Assembly: GCA_046538485.1 (NCBI GenBank)
Contig: JBKHIT010000005.1
Span: forward strand, 32,001 to 96,000
Length of the DNA: 64,000 bases
Source: Candidatus Brocadiia bacterium
Lineage (GTDB): Bacteria; Planctomycetota; Brocadiia; SM23-32
Direction: 5' to 3'
The first letter of the stretch is position 1. The number at the start of each line of letters is the position of its first letter. The translations under genes were made by a program, and so were the position numbers. Of the stretch, positions 50,542-60,287 are shown one piece after another. The notes beneath the pieces are model-generated. The model had not been told where the DNA came from. It was given only the letters and a program-made list of their open reading frames with translations, and searched no databases.

Positions 50542-52809
50542 CTATTCCTGGTCGGGCGTTTCGTATTCTATGGGGGAGGCAACCTCAAGAAGTTTTTTTA
50601 ACAGTTCTATTTCCTGCTGCAATGTGTCGTCATCGATACTCTTCATTTCGCTTCGCATGTGCTTAAGGAAAACGCGGAAAAGTGGAGTGTAGGGCGGTGA
50701 AACATTCAGTTTCACCGATTTTTGTTCCCATTTCCCCAGCGGTTTGCCGCCGTTCTGTGCGACGGGGATCCCGTTTGGAAACGAGACGGATGGCTGCAAC
50801 GCGTTATCGTTTTTAAGCTTCCTTCTCTCGTCGCGGCACCAGTGCTTCAGCAGGTCCGCATATCGAGCAAGTAGTAAGGCCTTGCGAATTCCTGAATTAT
50901 CGTAATACTTTTCCTTTGTGCTCGGGAAAAAGGCGGTTTGTTCGATGCGGTGGCGTTCGCCGGTCCTGTCCGTATAGGTAACCTCGAGACCCAGACGGAA
51001 TTCGCGTGCGTCCTGGCGATCGAGTTTAAGAAGAATGACGCCTCCGCGGGTACCTTCCTCTTTTGTTGGGGAAGCGAAAAGAGTGTCCACGTGCATTACC
51101 TGCCATTTTTGACCTTTTCGGCTTGGCGCGCCGTAGGCTTTTTCGAGGGAGTATCCCTTTGCATTCAGGCGGAGATTGAGATCGAAGACCAGCGGGGTGA
51201 CCATGAACGCGAATTCTTCTCCGAGACGTTTTTTAAACTCATCCGGCCTGCGCGGACAGTAGTAGTTTGCGCCACGTGTCTTGGTGATGGTTTCAACGAG
51301 GTCGGTCTGGAAGTCGATTCCAATGCCGAGGAAAGTGGTATAAATGCCGTTTTTGGCGTTATCCTGGAACATCCTGTGGAGACTTCCTTTGCCGGTAGTG
51401 CCCATATTCGGCATGGCGTCGGTGATGAATATTATGCGGTTTTCCCGTTTTGTCGGATCAATTTGCCCGATGGAACTGAACTGTTTGGTGGCTTTTTTCA
51501 TCCCCGCCGACAGTTTCGTTCCGCCATCCGCTTTGAGGGATCTGACGACCAGGTCGGTAAAGTTCCGAAGGTCGGTGTCAAAGGGTGCGAGCCTGCGGAC
51601 AACGGTGGAATGGTTGTTGAATATGACCAGACCAAGTTGATCGCCTTCTTTGAGCTGTTTAACTGTCCCCCGCAAGGCGTCACGCGCCAGGGAGATTTTT
51701 GAGCCGTAGGTTGCTTTCTTCTTTTTGGTGCTGGGGCCGTCGTAATAATACCGACTAAAAGCAGAACTCATGGAACCGGAGATATCCAGCACGATGACGA
51801 GGTTGAGTTTTTTACGCTGGAACTCTGAAACGTCAATATTCGAGGTAAGCCCGACGGTCATGAAAAATTCCTTTTCGTCGCTTAACGGGTCCGGCGAGAT
51901 GGCCATAGAGTAAGCGGGCGCAAACAGTTTGTCCGTTTTTACTGGGGTACCGGTGTCGAAGTAATAATCGTAGAAAAGCCCTTCGCAGGTAATAGCACTG
52001 GGACGGAGAAGGTATCCATTTTTGATATTTTCACGCATGGTGTTCACATCTTTTGCGCCGCCAGTAGCCATGCCAACTTTTTTTCCCGCAGCAGATGAAA
52101 AAGACGTGCTTCCTCCACTCCCTTTGCCACTTACGATTTTAAATGAGTCCGCTTCTTTTTCCGGTTTCTTCTTTTTCTCCACGAGTGCGTTGATCGCATC
52201 TTTATGGTTTTGACCTTCATCCCGCATTTGGAAATAGCGGCGGACTTTGGTCACATCACCTTTTAGTTTTTGCCAGGCTTCCCTGCAATGCGCCCGAGTG
52301 TATTTGCATTCCTCCTGCTCTCTGCCATTTGATTCGGCCTTTCGACGTTGCTCCAGTGCTTTTTTGCCGTTTTCTATGCCCCCGGCCCGCCATCGGAAAT
52401 ACAGCTTTCGTTTTTTCTTTGCTTTCTGAAAGATTGGGTTCCTGAACACCCGGCGAACTTCACTTTCGGAGAAACCGTAATCGGTAACCCATTCCCAGTA
52501 CTCTTTGAACAGGCCCAGGTCATTTCGGCACAAACGGAAGCTTTGCTCGAAATTCTTTGCTGAAATATGCTTGTTGGCCACGTCATTGAAGGTGCGGATG
52601 AAGGCTATGTCGTAGTGACATTGACGGAGAACTTTGATGAGTTCACCTTCATCCAAACCGGCTTCCTTGAGTTTCAAAAGTTCTTCCTCAATTGTTGTTG
52701 GCCTGGCTTCTGCCGTATCTTTTTGCTTTTTTGCAGCACATTCTCCGGTTAGAAACGCAAAGATTGCGAATCCAGCTATAATTACTGCGTTCATCTTGAT
52801 TTGAGTCAT
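50542..52809 (-). CDS. Secreted VWA-domain protein
   Basis: Signal peptide, MIDAS DISGSMS, GGT, ITDAMPN. Confidence 0.88.
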   Translation of the reverse strand: MTQIKMNAVIIAGFAIFAFLTGECAAKKQKDTAEARPTTIEEELLKLKEAGLDEGELIKVLRQCHYDIAFIRTFNDVANKHISAKNFEQSFRLCRNDLGLFKEYWEWVTDYGFSESEVRRVFRNPIFQKAKKKRKLYFRWRAGGIENGKKALEQRRKAESNGREQEECKYTRAHCREAWQKLKGDVTKVRRYFQMRDEGQNHKDAINALVEKKKKPEKEADSFKIVSGKGSGGSTSFSSAAGKKVGMATGGAKDVNTMRENIKNGYLLRPSAITCEGLFYDYYFDTGTPVKTDKLFAPAYSMAISPDPLSDEKEFFMTVGLTSNIDVSEFQRKKLNLVIVLDISGSMSSAFSRYYYDGPSTKKKKATYGSKISLARDALRGTVKQLKEGDQLGLVIFNNHSTVVRRLAPFDTDLRNFTDLVVRSLKADGGTKLSAGMKKATKQFSSIGQIDPTKRENRIIFITDAMPNMGTTGKGSLHRMFQDNAKNGIYTTFLGIGIDFQTDLVETITKTRGANYYCPRRPDEFKKRLGEEFAFMVTPLVFDLNLRLNAKGYSLEKAYGAPSRKGQKWQVMHVDTLFASPTKEEGTRGGVILLKLDRQDAREFRLGLEVTYTDRTGERHRIEQTAFFPSTKEKYYDNSGIRKALLLARYADLLKHWCRDERRKLKNDNALQPSVSFPNGIPVAQNGGKPLGKWEQKSVKLNVSPPYTPLFRVFLKHMRSEMKSIDDDTLQQEIELLKKLLEVASPIEYETPDQE

Positions 52810-52861
52810 TTGCTACTCCCTTCCTTCAGGAACATTGACCCGGTCTGAATGTGCTAAAACC

Positions 52862-53190
52862 AGCCTGCATCTTACGGATGCAGACTACATAAAAGCGCGC
52901 ATGCCGTTCAGGAATAAGAACTTACGGTAACAAAAAGTGCTTCCACCTTCCGGTCGGCGCTATCGTTGCGGAAAATGTCGGTACCTTTCCTGTGAGGACG
53001 CAGTCAAAGGTAATCGTTTCTTACTGTAGTGTTCGGCTTATTACAGATCACTGATTTTAAGCTGTCATATTTTGTGCGCCGTTTTTTTAGCCCGGATTTT
53101 CTGTTGTAGAGACGCCTTCAACGGTACCCGGTAAACAAAAGTGGTGCGATTGGACAACAGTTAGATCAAATTATCCGTAAAATCCAGATA
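52862..53190 (-). mobile_element. Composite MITE-like element X-Y-Z, copy B (inverted)
   Basis: Z 52862-52887, Y 52885-53090, divergent X 53088-53190. Confidence 0.75.
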
Positions 53191-53247
53191 GAAAACATAC
53201 ACTTTAAAAGTTTACCTGCTGGATCTTCCTCTCGCAACAATTGCTTT

Positions 53248-53349
53248 TAGCCCGAATTTTTGGCTGAGAAGGGTTATGAACCGTGTTCCATAAAGATTCT
53301 ACCCTGATTGGCCAAGAATGACTTCCAATTATCCGTAAAATCCGGGCTA
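53248..53349 (-). repeat. Stand-alone element X (102 bp)
   Basis: Reverse complement aligns end to end with 23049-23150. Confidence 0.85.
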
Positions 53350-53420
53350 GGTTTTGCCGTCTCGGCGGAAACTGGCAGGAAAGAGAACGATTGGAATAAT
53401 CGCCAGTCCGCTCGAGGATG

Positions 53421-53921
53421 TTATATCCAGCGTCCCACGTCCTCACTGTATGTTTCGTAGGAGTCGCCGAATTGTTCTTTCATAATTTTTTCTTCCTGAC
53501 GAATGTACACCCTGTCGACTATCTCCACGAATGCTGTGAGAACAGCCCACGGGAGGACGGTGCCGAGAAGCATCGCGACACCGGTCAAGACGGCTGCCAT
53601 GCCGAGATACATGGGATGGCGGCTGAAACGGAAAGGCCCTTCGACGATGAGCGAGGTCGGGTTTTCCGAGGGTTTGACGGTTGTGTTCGCTTTCTTAAAA
53701 AGCCGATCCGCCCAGATGTTCAGGATTATACCCGCCAGAATGAGAGGGAGCCCGATGTAGTTGAAGGGGACGGGTATGACCCGATAGATGGGAAGGAAAA
53801 AATGCAGGCCAACCATCGCGATGAGGGAGAGAAAAAGTAGAGTGAGAGGTTCGATCTTTTTCAGCAATTTCGTCATCTCCTGGTATTGAGAGGTGGGTTG
53901 TGAAACTGCGATGGTGTTCAT
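53421..53921 (-). CDS. Isoprenylcysteine carboxylmethyltransferase/PEMT-family membrane protein
   Basis: GPFRFSRHPMYLG, EE..FG..Y..Y..VGRW. Confidence 0.9.
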   Translation of the reverse strand: MNTIAVSQPTSQYQEMTKLLKKIEPLTLLFLSLIAMVGLHFFLPIYRVIPVPFNYIGLPLILAGIILNIWADRLFKKANTTVKPSENPTSLIVEGPFRFSRHPMYLGMAAVLTGVAMLLGTVLPWAVLTAFVEIVDRVYIRQEEKIMKEQFGDSYETYSEDVGRWI

Positions 53922-54280
53922 CGGCCATGATAACTTCTGGAGTTGGTTGTGGCAATCGGTGTGGAAAAATCAAATGCGAAGGGCGGAGAAGTGAAATGGC
54001 GCCCACCGCAAAAAAGGACTGGATGGCACCTATACGGAGGGGGGCAGGCGGTGACGCAAGACTGCTCGATCCGTTTTGAAACAAATGGTACAATCATGTT
54101 CCGAAGATGTACGGTACAAGTTATGTCCGACCGGGCCGTGGGTGGTGGCCCTGGGCCACATGGGAAGGATGGAACGTGGACTTGATTACGTGACCCACCT
54201 TCTGATGGGTGGGATTAAAGTTGGCCAACCCAGTGTGAGAGGAAGATGGTTCGGAGACTGCTATTTTCGTCGGTGGTATC

Positions 54281-55924
54281 ATGAGAAATTACATTATTTG
54301 CATATTTCTGGTCATGACGATAATTTCCATATCGGCGCAAGCAGACGAATTTTATGTCCATAACCGCCTGGGCCGGGATGCTTATGAAGGCACGGCGCGA
54401 GAGCCGGGGGAGAAAAACAGCGGCCCCTTTCGGACTATCCACCGGGCTCTGAAAGAAGCCGGTGCCGGCGATACCATCCATCTCGTCCCAACCGATCAGC
54501 CGTATCGCCAGACCGCCAACTTCTACGGTCATACCGGCGGGGAAAAGAATAATCCCCTGGTGCTCAATGGCCACGGCGTGACTCTCAAAGGTTCTGATCC
54601 CGTGCCGGCGGAAGGCTGGAAACGCTGGAAGGACGGCGTTTACACGCGAGGCGACATCCGGCCCCGGGGATTTATGCTGGTCGAGGGGGAAATGGTGTTT
54701 GCCACGCGCAATTTCAACGTGCTCAAGCCAGGCGAGATATGTCACATGCCTGCCTGGGGTGGTCGGCTCTACCTTTATCCTCCCAGAGGTGAAAAAGCCT
54801 CCGATTGCAAAGTACGGGTTGGCATGCCGGATGGTTCAGAAAAAAATCTGGAACCAGAACGCTGGCATCATTCGCACAGCAAGATCGGCGCGGTTCGTCG
54901 CTACCCGCTCAGGAAAAGACCTGAATGGGTGGAGCTTAACGGCGAAAAAGTTGAGCTTGTGCTCGCGCGAGACAGGCTGGACCCTGGCGCCTGGTCGGTG
55001 CATAGGGGGGCAGTATACTATCGACCGCCGGAGGGCAAGAAACTGAAAGAGCTTCAGATCGAGTTTGTCGTGCGCGGGAACGGAGTGCAGATAACCGGGA
55101 AGACCTCCCACGTCGTTGTCAAAAACATTAACGCTACAAAAGTTTACAACGATGGATATAACATCCACGGCGCGGCGAAAGATTGCCGGTTTTATAATTG
55201 CAATGCTCATGATTGTGGGGACGAAGGGTTCAGCGCGCACGACCGCTGTGAAACGTTTCTGGACGGAGCGGTTTATCGCAATTGTTCGAACGGTATTGCG
55301 AATGTCAATACACACGGGAGCTCTATTACCCGCAACGTGACCATCCTTGAATCTCGGGCCGTGGGCTATCTGATTCAGGCGCACGGCAATGCTCCGGGGA
55401 CAGTTCACCATGAGCTTGAGAATGCCGTGTTCATCGATAATCCCACGCAGATAAACGGAAGCAATATCACGGTGCGGAACGTTCTGATCATCAAATCGCC
55501 GAAAAGTGGTAAGCGTGGCTTCCGGCCGATCGCGGCGGGCAGGAGCCTGCTCGTGAGAAATTCGACGATAACGAGTGGGACGATTCGTGTCGGCAAGGGA
55601 AAACTCCGCATTGAGGACAGCTTGGTGAGGTCCGGTTTTCACGTGCGGGCTGATGAACCGCTTGATCACCTGTCATTGGAAAATGTAATGTTCGTGGGCA
55701 GCGCGCAGATGGAGTGGGGCAGCCGGTATCCCTGGAAACGCCGTCCGCTAAAAGAGTGGCTGGCGTTGGCAAAGAAAAATGGAGCAGCGAAAGGGTGTCG
55801 CGTCGGAGACCAGTCTGTTCTGCCGGAGGCCATCGAATCGCGCGTGTTGCCGGAAAAGTTGCCCGAAGGAGGCTGCGATGCGCACGTCTGGAAACGGTAT
55901 TACGACATGCGACCCGAAAATTAA
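54281..55924 (+). CDS. Secreted right-handed beta-helix protein
   Basis: PFRTIHRAL, GDTI, NDGYNIHG, GDEGFSAH. Confidence 0.8.
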   Translation: MRNYIICIFLVMTIISISAQADEFYVHNRLGRDAYEGTAREPGEKNSGPFRTIHRALKEAGAGDTIHLVPTDQPYRQTANFYGHTGGEKNNPLVLNGHGVTLKGSDPVPAEGWKRWKDGVYTRGDIRPRGFMLVEGEMVFATRNFNVLKPGEICHMPAWGGRLYLYPPRGEKASDCKVRVGMPDGSEKNLEPERWHHSHSKIGAVRRYPLRKRPEWVELNGEKVELVLARDRLDPGAWSVHRGAVYYRPPEGKKLKELQIEFVVRGNGVQITGKTSHVVVKNINATKVYNDGYNIHGAAKDCRFYNCNAHDCGDEGFSAHDRCETFLDGAVYRNCSNGIANVNTHGSSITRNVTILESRAVGYLIQAHGNAPGTVHHELENAVFIDNPTQINGSNITVRNVLIIKSPKSGKRGFRPIAAGRSLLVRNSTITSGTIRVGKGKLRIEDSLVRSGFHVRADEPLDHLSLENVMFVGSAQMEWGSRYPWKRRPLKEWLALAKKNGAAKGCRVGDQSVLPEAIESRVLPEKLPEGGCDAHVWKRYYDMRPEN

Positions 55925-55955
55925 TCGCAGAAGACGGTGGCAACGCTCTTGAAAT

Positions 55956-56179
55956 ATTCTGCTGGTCCCGGATATCGAGGCGGGGACATGCTCGCCAAAT
56001 CCCTCGTGTATTTTGCCGTTTGTCGGCAGGCAGGTTTGCTGGCCGGATCACGGTCTCCGGTTGTGCTGACGAACCGGGCGGATACCGCGGAGTCGAAGAT
56101 GTATTCGATGGCTGCCGGCGTTTTGACGGTCAATCGAAAGCGCGCTTTGCAGCTGAAGATCGGCAAAATGCACTATTGA
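55956..56179 (+). pseudogene. C-terminal fragment of phosphate butyryl/acetyltransferase, frameshifted
   Basis: ILLVPDIEAG in one frame, MLAKSLVYFA..PVVLTNRAD..KMYS in another. Confidence 0.8.
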
Positions 56180-56185
56180 TATCGG

Positions 56186-58084
56186 TTATTCGTTCTTTAT
56201 TTCGGGGTAGAAATAATAGGTTTCAAGGATAATACAGCAGGCGGCTGTGGTTCCTATTCGCCCCAGGCGACCGCTGATCCACTTGCTTTCAACGTAGAAA
56301 CTTCCTTCATCGCCTGTTCGTTGGGTCCCCCGCGGGTGCACCTGCATTTTGGCAATGGTTGGCATTACCTGCCGTTCCCAGCCTCGCCATTGAGGACCTC
56401 CCATTTGGAAGAGACCCTGCGTGGCGTAGATCCACATGTAGATATTCGGTTTGTATTCTGAGATCGAAACGTCCTTGAGGTAGGCTGCTCCCGCCTGAAC
56501 GGAGCGTGCCCGGTTACGGGTTCCCATAAAAATCCGGCACAGGATGCTGGCAGCCGTGTTGGCATATGTGCCAGAACCACTATTCGATCCGCTCGGATCG
56601 AGTTTGTAAAAAGCTTCCCCGTATTCTTTCCCGCCTTCCTGGCCCGAATAGACGGTTATTTTGTCCCAGAATTTGCGGCACCAGACGAGGTTTTCGGCCG
56701 GGACTTCGAGTCCGGAGCGCCGAGCGGTTTGTAGTGCCATGCTGCACCAGGAGGATACCGAAGAATCGGAGACTTTTGAGTTGGGGTGGTAACGCCATCC
56801 CATATTCTCTGTCTGGGCCCAGCACAGGAAATCAACGGCTTTCTGGGCGGGCTCTTTCAGATCCAAATCCCGCGTGACCCCCCAGAATTCGATCAAAGCA
56901 TGGGAACAGATGGCGTGGATGTACATATTGTTACTGAACCCACCATTATCGTTTTGCTTCTTAATCATCCAGTCCAGCGCTTTTTGGACGGTTTCTTTGT
57001 ACTTTCCGTGCCGGTGTGTATATCCGTGGCCGCAGAATGCCATCAAAGTTAAACCGGTAGCAGGCAAATCCATTCCAGGCCCGATTGATCCGATACCCGG
57101 GCGGGGGATTTCTTCATCCCATTCAACGACACCCTCTTTTTCCTTTTTCCGTTTTTCTTTGATTTTTTCCAGCGTAACGTTTTTGTACCTGGGATCATCG
57201 GCCCAGAAGTTATCCACGTCCCAGAACCCTTCTTTTGCCTGGTGTTCAGCGAGCCATTTCAGACCTCCGCTGATGGCATTGACGATTCCACGGCGGTATT
57301 TGGGATACGCTTTTCGTCGCAACGCCATGCTTCGAGCTCTGGGCGTTCGGCACTGGAAATTGAAATCTTCTACCATCGGCCAGTCTTTAATTTCCTCTTC
57401 CACTTTACATTCTTCCGGAGCGGGTAATTGTTCAATTTTGTCTTTGTGTTTCTCCCACCATTTATTCCATCGCCGTGAATCGACCGGGAGTTTACATCCC
57501 GTAAGTTCTACCAGCGCATTGTAGGCTTCCAATCTTGCTTCTTTGTAAATTCGGGTTGTCGTACCCGCAAGAAGTGGAATGGCTGCGGGATTTTTGAGTC
57601 TTGCTGCGTAACGTGCAGCAACAGTTCTGACTTCTTCTTCGCGGGCTTTCAACCCCTTGAGGAGGCCTTCAAGCGCTTTTTCGCTCGTGTTGAGGCCGAG
57701 CCCCCGGACCAGAGCGGCGCGGACTGCGGCTGTCCCTCTCCCGCGGAGTTTAGCTATCTGTTCTATGGCGCGGTCGACGGCTTTCTCGTTCTTGAGTTCT
57801 CCAATTTTCTCAGCTGCCGTGTGGCGGATAATAAAATTTGAGCGGTTATCGGGCACTTGTTTGAGCAAGTCAACGATGAAATCAACGAAACCCGGTTCAT
57901 CGAACTGGCCCATTTTCAGTAGAATTTCCGCGCGTGCATAGGGATGAGACGTCTCATTATACTCTTTTTGAAACTTCTGGATTGCTTCTTCAAGAGCAGC
58001 GCTTTTATCGGCCTCGCCTGGCGATGCGACGTTGATAGCCAGGGCAAATACCATAAGAAACGTCAGGTTCTTTTTCAGGTTCAT
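56186..58084 (-). CDS. Secreted HEAT-repeat + prenyltransferase/squalene-cyclase-repeat protein
   Basis: HEAT repeats, WNKWW, GLKWLAEHQ..GFW, Q..NGGF, GWRY.P..D.SV. Confidence 0.82.
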   Translation of the reverse strand: MNLKKNLTFLMVFALAINVASPGEADKSAALEEAIQKFQKEYNETSHPYARAEILLKMGQFDEPGFVDFIVDLLKQVPDNRSNFIIRHTAAEKIGELKNEKAVDRAIEQIAKLRGRGTAAVRAALVRGLGLNTSEKALEGLLKGLKAREEEVRTVAARYAARLKNPAAIPLLAGTTTRIYKEARLEAYNALVELTGCKLPVDSRRWNKWWEKHKDKIEQLPAPEECKVEEEIKDWPMVEDFNFQCRTPRARSMALRRKAYPKYRRGIVNAISGGLKWLAEHQAKEGFWDVDNFWADDPRYKNVTLEKIKEKRKKEKEGVVEWDEEIPRPGIGSIGPGMDLPATGLTLMAFCGHGYTHRHGKYKETVQKALDWMIKKQNDNGGFSNNMYIHAICSHALIEFWGVTRDLDLKEPAQKAVDFLCWAQTENMGWRYHPNSKVSDSSVSSWCSMALQTARRSGLEVPAENLVWCRKFWDKITVYSGQEGGKEYGEAFYKLDPSGSNSGSGTYANTAASILCRIFMGTRNRARSVQAGAAYLKDVSISEYKPNIYMWIYATQGLFQMGGPQWRGWERQVMPTIAKMQVHPRGTQRTGDEGSFYVESKWISGRLGRIGTTAACCIILETYYFYPEIKNE

Positions 58085-58323
58085 AATCACCTCCCGTCGG
58101 GTGTCGCCACCGCAAACCCGTTTGTCTTTAGCATAGTGACCCCTCCAACAACCAGTCTGCCTATGAAATATAGTCCTGCGAAACATCATTTTCAACCTAA
58201 AAACATGATTCTTATGACCTGTGAACCTTCGTTATTTTCCAGGTTCAGCTGACAAAACTTTGCGTCAAGCATAACTCATTCTGTAGACTTGGTGGTGTCC
58301 GGTTATTTGCAAAGGAATAGAGA

Positions 58324-59505
58324 ATGCACGATTTGCCAGCAAAAAAATTATTTGTGACACAAAATGCTCGCGATTCCGAACCCGCGGCAGCCAGAGTCGG
58401 AAGTCTACGAAATGGCATGGGTTGTCCACCCATGGAGATGCTGGATTCCGAACGGTTCAACGAGGTTTCGTGCGAGTGGACCGAGGAAAAACAAAAAGGT
58501 TTTGATACGCGTACCGGATCCTGCGATTACGAAGCGGGCTGGAAGGTTATTCTTACGACCTATGGCGATGATGAAAGGTTTCTTGATACCTGGACGCTTC
58601 GCGATGCAAAAAAGGAAGCCAGCCAGGGACGCGTGTGCCAGACAGCTGCCGAAATCCATTGCGCTTATGGTTGTCCACACCGTTGCGCTTATTGCCATAC
58701 GACGCCGACTTTCCACATTGCATGCGATCTTGAGACATTGGCCGGGGAACTGCCATCTTTGTTCGAGAAATACCCCCGGCAAAAACTGTGGAAATTCGAT
58801 AATTGGACCGATACGATCACGCTGGAGCCAGAATATGGAGCCAGCGTGCTTTTTATCCCGCTTTTTGCGGACACGACAGACCAATTTCTAATGCTCTACA
58901 CTAAGAGTGATAACGTCGAGCATCTCCTTGATTTGCCTCACGGCGGGCAGACAATCATCTGCTGGAGTCTGTCAGGGTTATCCCAGAGTCGGGAGATCGA
59001 ATTGGGCGCGCCGGACATGTACGAGCGTATATCGGCTATGGAGCAGTGCCAGAACGCGGGCTATACTGTCAGAGCGAGGATTTCACCTATTGTCCCGGTG
59101 AGGAACTGGGAACAGGAGCTTGAAGAACTTATTGACAGCTTTCTCCCGCTAATTCGTCCCGATGTCATAACGATCGACGTAATGGGGTGGTGTCAACCCG
59201 AAGCCGTGCCCGAATTCATGGATGTCGAGCTTCTCGATCCAGTATACCGCCAGGCGCTTGAGGAAATGCTCGAGTCCGGTTATGTAACTGAAGGGAAACA
59301 TCTTTTCTCTCACGAGTTGCGACTTCCGCTTCTACAACACACGGTCGACTTGATTCGGCAAAAAGATTCCGATCAACCCGTTTCCATTTGCAATGAGACG
59401 CCTCAGATGTGGGGCGACCTTTCGGGGTTGTGCAAGATGCAAAAAGAAAACTATGCCTGCTGCTGCGGTCCCGATAGTGTGCCCGGTCACCCGTTGCTGA
59501 CCTGA
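58324..59505 (+). CDS. Radical SAM protein, spore photoproduct lyase-like
   Basis: GCPHRCAYC, TKSDNV..LL.L.H, WSL, E.GAP..ERI. Confidence 0.8.
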   Translation: MHDLPAKKLFVTQNARDSEPAAARVGSLRNGMGCPPMEMLDSERFNEVSCEWTEEKQKGFDTRTGSCDYEAGWKVILTTYGDDERFLDTWTLRDAKKEASQGRVCQTAAEIHCAYGCPHRCAYCHTTPTFHIACDLETLAGELPSLFEKYPRQKLWKFDNWTDTITLEPEYGASVLFIPLFADTTDQFLMLYTKSDNVEHLLDLPHGGQTIICWSLSGLSQSREIELGAPDMYERISAMEQCQNAGYTVRARISPIVPVRNWEQELEELIDSFLPLIRPDVITIDVMGWCQPEAVPEFMDVELLDPVYRQALEEMLESGYVTEGKHLFSHELRLPLLQHTVDLIRQKDSDQPVSICNETPQMWGDLSGLCKMQKENYACCCGPDSVPGHPLLT

Positions 59506-59521
59506 GCCGGGGCACTAATTT

Positions 59522-60286
59522 TCAGCAAACGGGACGGTTCTCATGATTCTCTTCGTCGAAGAATTCTCCTTCGAATGAACGTATGAGGGTCGTGTATACG
59601 CGCAGCTGCATCAGGTTTTCTCCTTCCTGGAGTTCACCGGCGGGGACGAGGCAACGTCGCGGTTCCCACAACAGCTCATGATATTCACCATCGTTGAAAC
59701 GCACCATGGCGGCCTGGTGAAATGGGGTTTGGAATTCAAACTTCAGAAGTAATTCAGAAGCCTCCGGAATCTCCCCGATGTTGGAAACTTTCTGGTAGTC
59801 GAGGATTCCGGAATAATAGGGGAGGCCATTGTCGGTATAGCATTCAAACTGTCCTTTTCGTCGGGGAGGAATAAGGGCTGGTGGGTCCGCCTCCACGCCA
59901 AAATCCCCGGCAAGGTACAGGGGGTTACGCAGGCCTTCTTCGAAACGGTCAGTTTTTGAATTTACGCAGAGGAGGTTACTACCGGTTTTCAAATGATCGG
60001 TGATATCAGCCCCGAGGCTTCCCCGCACATGCGAATCGGTGCGCTTAAACTCCTCGGCTGACAGCGAAGCCGAGTCGTTGAGGCATATTTCCCATTCTCC
60101 CTGGATCGAATCCGGTTCCATGACGAGTTCCACCCGTCCGTCGAAACGATTCAAAAACTCGAATTCATAGCGGAGATACATTTGGGGGAGGTTCAGATCG
60201 GGAAGAGCGCCGAATTTCTCCCGGATTTCGGGTGCGAACCTGAATGAACCGGCTTCCAGCTGGTTGATAAGGGGGACAGCCGGCAC
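59522..60286 (-). pseudogene. C-terminal beta-sandwich part of a split glycoside hydrolase
   Basis: YLAGDFGV, GLPYYSG, LLWEP, L.EGEN; starts 1 nt after the upstream stop with no clear RBS. Confidence 0.6.
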
Positions 60287-60287
60287 C

